Below are positions 8,223 to 14,521 of a stretch of 34,319 nt of DNA, in pieces. Within the stretch, counting starts at the first letter, position 1, and every line of letters starts with the position of its first letter. The notes beneath the pieces were generated by a model, which saw only the letters and a list, made by a program, of their open reading frames with translations, did not search any database and was not told where the DNA came from. The position numbers were made by a program, and so were the translations under genes. Location of the stretch: contig JAADDB010000282.1 of assembly GCA_013154135.1 (NCBI GenBank), forward strand, positions 1-34,319, given 5' to 3'. Origin of the DNA: Chloroflexota bacterium. GTDB taxonomy: Bacteria; Chloroflexota; Anaerolineae; JAADDB01.

Positions 8223-10580
8223 TCACTTGGACGTGCCCGCGAGATACGCGTGGATCTGGGCCAGGGTGCTCGCGCTCCAGTAGCTTTCCAGGGCCTCCAA
8301 CTGTTCTTCCGGCGACCCTTGTCGCTTGAGGCGCGCGGTCTCGTAGTAGAGAACCGCGATGACCGGCACGTCCTCGCCGCTCATGTTGATGGTCTCCTTG
8401 GCGCGGCGGTCGGCCAGGTCCAACATGTCGGCCAGGGCCCGCTCCCGATCAATGCGCACGATGTTCCCCTCCTCGTCCAACTGTGCACCCAGGGAGTAGT
8501 ATTTGGCGACCAGGGTGGCGGATTGGGCGTAGTTGCTGATGCTGTTGCCCAGGATGAGGGCCATCTGCTGATCCCGGTCGACTAACTGGCCGGCCAGGGC
8601 CTTGGCCCCGTGTTCCGCGGCGACGGTGAGGAGGTAGCCGGTGTCGTAGTTCATGAACATGGCCCGCATGCGATCCGGGTGCACGCCAAAGGCCTTGGCG
8701 TACTCGTCTATCACGGTGGCTTCGAAGTAACGAACGTTGGCTTCGGCCGCGCGGCGGAGGAGCGCTTCCATTGCCGCGACTTTCTCCGGGTCATCGACCA
8801 CAGTGGTGCCGTACCCAAAGCCGATGTCCACGCTGTCCCGCGCCAGTTGGACCAGGTTGTGGGCCAGGACGTAGTAGGCGGAGAGTTGGACGAGTTCGCC
8901 CAGGATCTCCTCCTCGCTCATGTTCTCCGCCTGTTGGTTCAGGGCCCGAAGCCGGTCGGTCGCGATGACGACCAGGCCCTGGGCCTGTCCGATGGACATG
9001 TACGCGTCGAAGAGCGCGATGTAGTCCCCCGCGGTCCGGGGCTGTTCAGTGCCCAGGAGGTCGATGACCGCGTCCAATTCGCTCAGGGAGGACTGGTTGG
9101 AGAGGAGGTAGTCCACCGCGGCGTCGAGTCCGCCGGTGGCGTAGCGTTCCAGCATTTCCGCGGTGAGGAGCCAGATGTGCGCGCCGGTGGCGGCCTGGAC
9201 GGATCGCTGGTACGCGACCGCGGCCAATCCCTGTTGAAGCGCGCTCTGCGACCGGGACGCGGTGTCGTCGGCTTCGGCCATGACGTCCTGGAAGTACTGG
9301 GTGATCTCTTCGGGCAGGCTGTTGAACCGGTTGCGCGCGTTTTCGTACCGGGAGTACCATTCCTGAGCCTTGGCCCGGGTCCGGTCAAAGGCTCGGGCCG
9401 GGAGTTGGGGCGCGCTCATGCTCACCTGGGGCCGTGGCAGCGGTGTGCCGGTGAGGATTTCGTAGGCCTCGAAGATGGTGCTCACTTCCCGCACCTGGAC
9501 GCCCAACCGCTTGCCCACGTCGTACACGTCTACCGGTTTCCCCTTGTTCTGGTCGTAGTCGTAGCGCTGCCCCGCGGGGATGAGGACGAGGGTGGCGCCG
9601 TGGTCCACTGCCCCCTGGATTTTGTGGGGGATGCCGCCCACAGGGCCTACGGTGCCGTCGGGGTTGATGGTGCCGGTCATGGCTACGTCCTCACGCAGGG
9701 GATGGCCCAACAGCGCGGCGAGGATGCCCACGGTCATGTACGCGCCCGCGCTGGGCCCGTCGATGCGCCCGCCCACGGAGAAGGAGAATTCGTAGTCCCG
9801 CGGGTCGATGCCCAGTATCTGACTGGCTACGACCACGGCCATCCAGCCGGCCGAGTGCCACATGTTGCCGGTGCCGGCCACTTCTTCCTCAAAGAACCCC
9901 ACCCGAAGTTCACCTTTCTGCGCGGCGGGTTCGACCCGAATGCGCACGGGGGAGACGCCGCCCACGGCTTTCTCCTCCTGGGGGTCGAAGGCGTAGTAGA
10001 GCGCGTTGATGGTCACGTCCCCCGAGGCGGTAGGCGCTTGGGTGGCCGCGGCGGGCGGGGTGGTGGGCTGGGCAGGCGCGGCTTCAGCCGGACGTTGGGC
10101 GCTTTCCCCGAGGATTTTGAAGGTGTAGACGCCGATGAGGTCGTCGTTCACGTAGACTTTGGCTTTGTAGTCATCGCCCGGGGGTAGGGGGACTTTGGGT
10201 TTCAGGGTGAAGCCCACGTAGGTGTTGCCCCCCACCGCGACGATGAGCCCCTGCATTTCCTTTTCCAAATCGACGGTGACCGTGGCGAATTCTTCGCTGC
10301 CCTTGAGGAAGACGGCTTTCACCCGACCGGTCTTTTGCACGCCTTTGAGTTTGACGGAGAGGTAGACGGTCTCGTCGGGTTGGAATTCGTTGCCCGGGTC
10401 CACCGGGGCCATTTCCTCGGTGAGCCCGTGCGCGAAGGTGACGTTCAGCACTTCGAGGTGGGGCGCGGTGGGCGTTGCCGATGCGGTGGTGTCGGGACTT
10501 TCCTTGCCACCACAGGCACCGACCAGCAGGGCCACCAGGGTCACGATGATCAGCAGGTTCAACCAGGTACGGTTACGCAT
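8223..10580 (-). CDS. S16 (Lon C-terminal proteolytic domain) serine protease lipoprotein with N-terminal Ig-like domain and ~380-aa C-terminal helical domain of unknown function
   Basis: Lipobox LLVGAC. Catalytic-Ser motif DGPSAGAYMTVGILAAL and Lys motif GGIPHKIQGA. No AAA+ module. The start overlaps the upstream small ORF by 8 nt (ATGCGTAA). Confidence 0.85.
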   Translation of the reverse strand: MRNRTWLNLLIIVTLVALLVGACGGKESPDTTASATPTAPHLEVLNVTFAHGLTEEMAPVDPGNEFQPDETVYLSVKLKGVQKTGRVKAVFLKGSEEFATVTVDLEKEMQGLIVAVGGNTYVGFTLKPKVPLPPGDDYKAKVYVNDDLIGVYTFKILGESAQRPAEAAPAQPTTPPAAATQAPTASGDVTINALYYAFDPQEEKAVGGVSPVRIRVEPAAQKGELRVGFFEEEVAGTGNMWHSAGWMAVVVASQILGIDPRDYEFSFSVGGRIDGPSAGAYMTVGILAALLGHPLREDVAMTGTINPDGTVGPVGGIPHKIQGAVDHGATLVLIPAGQRYDYDQNKGKPVDVYDVGKRLGVQVREVSTIFEAYEILTGTPLPRPQVSMSAPQLPARAFDRTRAKAQEWYSRYENARNRFNSLPEEITQYFQDVMAEADDTASRSQSALQQGLAAVAYQRSVQAATGAHIWLLTAEMLERYATGGLDAAVDYLLSNQSSLSELDAVIDLLGTEQPRTAGDYIALFDAYMSIGQAQGLVVIATDRLRALNQQAENMSEEEILGELVQLSAYYVLAHNLVQLARDSVDIGFGYGTTVVDDPEKVAAMEALLRRAAEANVRYFEATVIDEYAKAFGVHPDRMRAMFMNYDTGYLLTVAAEHGAKALAGQLVDRDQQMALILGNSISNYAQSATLVAKYYSLGAQLDEEGNIVRIDRERALADMLDLADRRAKETINMSGEDVPVIAVLYYETARLKRQGSPEEQLEALESYWSASTLAQIHAYLAGTSK

Positions 10581-10821
10581 GTTCGTTTTCCTCCTTCCAC
10601 GGCATCGGATCGGGTCGGTGGGAAGGTGTGATCTCGTCGTGGGGCAACGAGGAGGCGGGATCCCGCAAGTAGGTGAGGATCACGTCTGTGGCCTCTTCAA
10701 CGGATCGCACGGGCACACGCTCCCCCGAGTGGACGTGGATGACCACGCCCCGCCATTGTTGATCCCGCGCGTGTCGTGTTTCCTGCCAAAAGCGGACGAT
10801 GAATGTGCCTCCGGGACTCAT
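10573..10821 (-). CDS. small (82 aa) hypothetical protein with F-x-V-R-x-W ... WRG ... H-x-x-SGE motif and no export signal
   Basis: Strong SD AAGGAGGAGG lies 4 nt before ATG 10821; the ORF-track start 10917 has none. The stop overlaps the S16 gene start by 8 nt, implying translational coupling. Confidence 0.7.
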   Translation of the reverse strand: MSPGGTFIVRFWQETRHARDQQWRGVVIHVHSGERVPVRSVEEATDVILTYLRDPASSLPHDEITPSHRPDPMPWKEENEHA

Positions 10822-10927
10822 CCTGCCTCCTCCTTGCGCTTGAGACATTGACCGACGACCGTACAGCCGGGCATGCCAAGGCCCGCGGCCGCGGACCACG
10901 GATTCTCTCGGGATCATCTTAGCGGGG

Positions 10928-10947
10928 AAGTGTCTCTCAAGTGTCTC
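10928..10947. promoter_or_regulatory. direct repeat AAGTGTCTC x2 with 11-nt period, a candidate operator upstream of the small-ORF/S16 operon
   Basis: gaAGTGTCTCtcAAGTGTCTCc, about 110-125 nt upstream of ATG 10821. Confidence 0.3.
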
Positions 10948-11044
10948 CTACGGCCCCTCCAGGGCGCGACAAGGGGTGGTCACGAAGGCATTTCAGGGGA
11001 AATGGAGGAATGGAAAAAGGCGCGATACTTCGAGGTTTTTATGC

Positions 11045-11056
11045 TTTGATATCAAA
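11045..11056. promoter_or_regulatory. perfect 12-nt palindrome TTTGATATCAAA in a locally AT-rich stretch, a candidate operator
   Basis: Self-complementary. Related half-sites: cATATCAAAg at 11079-11088 and TGATATGA near 11100. Lies in the only clearly AT-rich intergenic stretch of the window. Confidence 0.35.
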
Positions 11057-11139
11057 TGGGAGTGGATTGATTGACCGACATATCAAAGTTCTTGTACTCT
11101 GATATGAGCGAGGCGTAGAGATTTCGGGTGATTGACTGC

Positions 11140-11184
11140 TTTTGTGGTTGGTGGGTAGGCTTTGTCTACCCACCAACCACAAAA
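11140..11184. other. 19-bp perfect hairpin (7-nt loop) 35 nt downstream of the biotin-carrier gene
   Basis: ttttgtggttggtgggtag-gctttgt-ctacccaccaaccacaaaa. The T-tract is 5' and the A-tract 3' on both strands, so it is not a canonical intrinsic terminator. Confidence 0.75.
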
Positions 11185-11219
11185 AACTCTTTGGTTTGCC
11201 AACAGGGTCCCAGCGACTC

Positions 11220-11627
11220 CTACTTACTCCTCAACTCGACCAGGGGCGCGTTGTAGGCCACTTGTTCCCCCGGTGTCACGTGCACGGCCACGACTACGCC
11301 CTCCATGGGCGCCCGGATGAGGTTCTTCATCTTCATGGCCTCCAGGACCAACAGGGGCTGGCCGTAGGCCACTTCCTCGCCCGGGGCCACTTCGACGCTG
11401 AGCACCGTGCCGGGCATGGGCGCCCGGATGAGCCGTTCTCCCTCCCCCTCCGCGGGAGCCGTTGCCGTGGCTTGGCTGGACGTGACCTGAATGGCCTGCT
11501 CCTCCGAGGGGACAAAACGCACCTGATAGGTCTGTTCCCCTATTTGCACCTGATACGTGTTCTCTTCCAGCGTCTCCACTTCCACGCTGTAGCGTTCACC
11601 GTCGACTTCAAAGGTGTAACGTGTCAT
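11220..11627 (-). CDS. biotin carboxyl-carrier (biotinyl/lipoyl domain) subunit
   Basis: Biotinylation motif EAMKMKN in a C-terminal biotinyl domain. ATGA overlap with the upstream OadG-like gene. Confidence 0.9.
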   Translation of the reverse strand: MTRYTFEVDGERYSVEVETLEENTYQVQIGEQTYQVRFVPSEEQAIQVTSSQATATAPAEGEGERLIRAPMPGTVLSVEVAPGEEVAYGQPLLVLEAMKMKNLIRAPMEGVVVAVHVTPGEQVAYNAPLVELRSK

Positions 11628-11962
11628 TCCTCACCTCGTCTGGGATGCCAGGATTGAAGCTGTCGTACACGGCCGACGACCGTCCAGAGCCCTTGGACGT
11701 GCCCTTCCACCGCGGGGAGGGACACCTCTGTGCCTTCCTCTTCACCCCGGTGGCGCAGGATGGCCAGGGCGATGAGCGCTTTCTCCACAGCGCCCGGCGT
11801 CTCCACCTGCGTAACCCGCGCGGGCACTTCCTCCTCCGTTTCCTCGACCACATCCACCTTCAGCAGAAGGGCCATGAGCCCCCACAGGAAGGCCAGTACT
11901 ACAAAGACCAATCCCGTGCCGAAGAGGGTCAACTGTAACCCAATGCTGATGTTCTCCCACAT
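11624..11962 (-). CDS. OadG-family small membrane subunit of a biotin-dependent decarboxylase
   Basis: N-terminal single TM segment LQLTLFGTGLVFVVLAFLWGLMALLL followed by an acidic linker. SD GGAGGG lies 5 nt upstream. Sits between the carboxyltransferase and the biotin carrier. Confidence 0.7.
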   Translation of the reverse strand: MWENISIGLQLTLFGTGLVFVVLAFLWGLMALLLKVDVVEETEEEVPARVTQVETPGAVEKALIALAILRHRGEEEGTEVSLPAVEGHVQGLWTVVGRVRQLQSWHPRRGEE

Positions 11963-11971
11963 GGTACCCTC

Positions 11972-13522
11972 CTACACCGGCATGAGTCCGTGCTTCTTGG
12001 GTGGATTGGTCTGCACTTTGCTGCGGAGGACATGGAGCGCGCGGATGAGCCGACGTCGGGTTTCCTTCGGTTCGATGACTTCGTCAATGTAAAAGAGTTC
12101 CGCGGCCACAAAGGGGTTGAGGATCTTCTCCCGGTAGTCCGCTTCGAACTCCTGAGCCAACTTCTGGGGATCCTCTGCCTGGGCCAACTCCCGTCGGTAG
12201 AGGATGCGCACCGCACCTTCCGCACCCATCGTCGCAATCTGCGCGGTCGGCCAAGCCAGGGCCAAGTCTGTCCGCATCTCCTTCGAACTCATGGCAATGT
12301 ACGCGCCGCCGATGGCCTTGCGCAGGACGATGGAGATCTTGGGGACGGTGGCTTCCACATACGCGTACACCACCTTCGCTCCGTGGCGGATAATTCCCCC
12401 GTGCTCCTGGCCCACTCCGGGGAGGAACCCCGGGCAATCGATGAACGTGATGACCGGCAGGTTATACGCGTCGCACAGGCGCACAAAGCGGGCGATCTTA
12501 TCACTGCTGTCGATGTCCAACACGCCGGCCAGAAACGCGGGTTGATTGGCCACAATCCCCACGGGCCACCCATCCAGCCGGGCAAATCCCACCACCGCGT
12601 TGCGGGCAAAGTGCGGTTGGACTTCCAAAAAACTGTCCGGGTCCACGATCCGGTTCAACACATCGTGGATGTCGTACGCCTGGTCCTCCTCTTCCGGGAT
12701 GACGTGGTTGAGCCCTTCCACGAGCTCTGCGGGAGGACTTTTCGGTTGGGCTCGCGGGGGCATTTCCGCGTTGTTGGGGGGGAGATAGGAGAGGATCCGG
12801 CGCACCAGTTGGAGGGCTTCCTCCTCGTTCGCGGCAATGAAGTGGGCCACCCCACTCTTCTCGTTGTGCACACGCGCGCCGCCCAACTCCTCAAACGTGA
12901 CATCTTCGCCGGTGACGGTTTTGATCACATCCGGGCCGGTGAGAAACATGTGGCTGGTCTTGTCCACCATGATGATGAAATCCATGAGCGCGGGAGAGTA
13001 GACAGAGCCCCCCGCGGCCGGGCCCATGACCACGGCAATCTGCGGGATGACGCCGGAGGCCAACACGTTGCGGGTGAAAAGTCGGCCGTACCCGGCCAGC
13101 CCTCGCACGCCCTCCTGGATGCGGGCCCCTCCCGATTCGATCAGCCCGATAAAGGGAATGCCCGCCTCCCGGGCCAGGTCCAAAAGCCGGCTGATCTTGT
13201 TCGCCTGCATTTCCGAGAAGGACCCCCCAAGCACGGTGAAATCCTGGGCGTAGACGGCAACCCGTTGTCCTTCGATGGTCCCGAACCCGGTGACAACCCC
13301 ATCGCCGGGGAATCGCTTGTCATCCATGCCGAATTCGTGGATGTGGTGCGTGGCCAGGGAGCCGATTTCATCAAAGGAATGGGGATCGAGGAGTTTCTCA
13401 ATGCGTTCACGAGCGGTGAGCTTGCCTTGGGCGTGTTGTTTGGCGATGCGTTTTTCACCGCCGCCCAGGCGAGCCCTCTCGCGGCGGGTGCGCAGTTCTT
13501 CTAGGGGTGTTTTCCGACTCAT
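11972..13522 (-). CDS. acyl-CoA carboxyltransferase (methylmalonyl-CoA decarboxylase alpha / propionyl-CoA carboxylase beta family)
   Basis: Full-length carboxyl_trans pattern (GGARIQEG, MGPAAGGSVYSPALMDF, FIDCPGFLPG). ATG 13522 (MSRKTPLEEL) follows AGAGGAG. The ORF-track start 13666 adds an implausible 48-aa extension. Confidence 0.92.
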   Translation of the reverse strand: MSRKTPLEELRTRRERARLGGGEKRIAKQHAQGKLTARERIEKLLDPHSFDEIGSLATHHIHEFGMDDKRFPGDGVVTGFGTIEGQRVAVYAQDFTVLGGSFSEMQANKISRLLDLAREAGIPFIGLIESGGARIQEGVRGLAGYGRLFTRNVLASGVIPQIAVVMGPAAGGSVYSPALMDFIIMVDKTSHMFLTGPDVIKTVTGEDVTFEELGGARVHNEKSGVAHFIAANEEEALQLVRRILSYLPPNNAEMPPRAQPKSPPAELVEGLNHVIPEEEDQAYDIHDVLNRIVDPDSFLEVQPHFARNAVVGFARLDGWPVGIVANQPAFLAGVLDIDSSDKIARFVRLCDAYNLPVITFIDCPGFLPGVGQEHGGIIRHGAKVVYAYVEATVPKISIVLRKAIGGAYIAMSSKEMRTDLALAWPTAQIATMGAEGAVRILYRRELAQAEDPQKLAQEFEADYREKILNPFVAAELFYIDEVIEPKETRRRLIRALHVLRSKVQTNPPKKHGLMPV

Positions 13523-13803
13523 TCTGGTTGTGCTCCTCTGTGCGAGTTCGGCTATCTCTGGGGGATGGGGGATGAGTTTTCCTGGAACAAGGGCCATATC
13601 CCCCCAGACAACTCGACATCTGATGTCTGACATGTGAAGGCCCGACGAATCCCGCCATTTGGACAAGGGATTGGACGTCGGATAACAGGTACTGGTCTAC
13701 CTTCGACAGTGTCCAAGAATTCCTCTATGCCAGAGCGCGTATCACTGCACGGCGGGGGACCGTCTTCGTGGTAGTCGGGGGATCTCCGTCGATTTGAGTG
13801 TAC

Positions 13804-13833
13804 ATTATACCGGGAGGGGAGAGGGAATGCCAA
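13804..13833 (-). promoter_or_regulatory. candidate promoter for the carboxyltransferase operon
   Basis: On the minus strand: -35 TTGGCA (13828-13833), 18-nt spacer, -10 TATAAT (13804-13809). Implies a ~275-nt leader. Confidence 0.4.
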
Positions 13834-13883
13834 ATCGGCGAGAAAATCTCGCGACGATCAGCCGTCGGAGGTGTTGTTACTTA

Positions 13884-14029
13884 GATAAGTAAGGAGTAAC
13901 GATTGACGATTAACGATTAAGGGGATTCGGCGGGAGAGGGGATCGGCTTGGATGGGCGAGGTCTAACGCATAACGAGTAACGAGTAAGAGGGCGGGAGAC
14001 CATCATAAGCCGTGTGGGGTGATGCTCGG
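13884..14029 (-). repeat. intergenic ~150-nt repeat element, copy 3 (inverted relative to copies 1 and 2)
   Basis: Its reverse complement aligns with 2488-2636: ccgagcatc..., ctcttactcgttactcgttatgcgttagacctc identical, then ...ccccttaatcgt...gttactccttactt. Heptamer blocks at 13886-13922 and 13964-13990. Confidence 0.85.
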
Positions 14030-14236
14030 CCGTTCACGAACGGTAGTGGCGCACGGCTGTGCGCCCTGTTCAGCAGCCGGATGAATCCGCCTGCTGAACA
14101 GGAACCGTCCCTTCGGGACGGGGATACGTCGGCCAGGCGTCCACCCCGCGCCCCGAAGGGGCGCTCCCTGTTCAACGGGCCCATTCATTGGGCCGCAACT
14201 GAGCCCGAGGGTTCAGCCCCGGGCTACCGCACATGA
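14029..14236. other. cluster of at least 7 consecutive GC-rich hairpins (candidate structured RNA or REP-like array)
   Basis: Hairpins: ccgtt/aacgg; ggcgcac-ggct-gtgcgcc; ctgttcagcag...ctgctgaacag (11 bp plus inner cgga/tccg); ccgtccc-ttc-gggacgg; gcgcccc-gaa-ggggcgc; ggccc-attcatt-gggcc; agcccg...cgggct. The module (GC hairpin)-CCTGTTCA occurs twice. Confidence 0.6.
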
Positions 14237-14258
14237 CCACACATCGCCGTTGCCTGCC

Positions 14259-14310
14259 TTAATCGTCAATCGTTACTCGTTACTCGTTAGCTGGCCCCGT
14301 CCGCCGCCAA
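14259..14310 (+). repeat. short member of the heptamer repeat family (first of a direct pair)
   Basis: ttaatcgtcaatcgttactcgttactcgttagctggccccgtccgccgcc, repeated at 14366-14412. Confidence 0.8.
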
Positions 14311-14365
14311 TGGGGATTTTCTCTCGCCACCCCGGCATCGAAGGGCCATGCCGGCATTTAGCTCT

Positions 14366-14412
14366 TTAATCGTCAATCGTTACTCGTTACTTCACGGACC
14401 CGTCCGCCGCCG
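14366..14412 (+). repeat. short member of the heptamer repeat family (second of a direct pair)
   Basis: ttaatcgtcaatcgttactcgttacttcacggacccgtccgccgcc, 107 nt downstream of the first copy. Confidence 0.8.
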
Positions 14413-14462
14413 AGATACTACCAAATTCTGTCCGTCAAGCGAGGCCCGTGGGCTATCACCTA

Positions 14463-14497
14463 CAAAAAAGGGCCCCCTTGTTCCCAAGGAGGCCCTT
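14463..14497 (-). terminator. rho-independent terminator of the oxidoreductase operon
   Basis: On the minus strand: gggccucc-loop-gggggccc (8 bp with one G-U pair) followed by TTTTTTG, about 25 nt after the beta-subunit stop. Confidence 0.7.
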
Positions 14498-14521
14498 TGT
14501 GCATATCCGTGGTCGTGCCGA

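Noticed and set aside
11140-11184. Intrinsic or bidirectional terminator call for the 19-bp hairpin.
   Set aside because: On both strands the T-tract precedes the stem and the A-tract follows it, the opposite of terminator geometry. It is kept as a hairpin of unknown role.
13523-13666. N-terminal extensions given by the ORF track: 13666 for the carboxyltransferase, 17672 for OFOR alpha, 22673 for AEC, 22993 for the acidic ORF, 28657 for M20, 5838 for the PD40 protein, 3858 for the beta-helix and 10917 for the small ORF.
   Set aside because: Internal starts have good SD spacing, remove overlaps with upstream genes and give family-typical N-termini or signal peptides.
2488-14029. Composite transposon or genomic island bounded by the inverted 150-nt elements.
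   Set aside because: There is no transposase, integrase, tRNA target or direct-repeat footprint. The cargo includes core-metabolic genes, and the same repeat occurs in many other gaps. Only the inversion possibility is kept as a low-priority finding.
14202-14225. tRNA-like T-arm (GGTTCAGCC loop) within the hairpin cluster.
   Set aside because: No acceptor, D or anticodon arms can be drawn around it. It is one of several independent hairpins.
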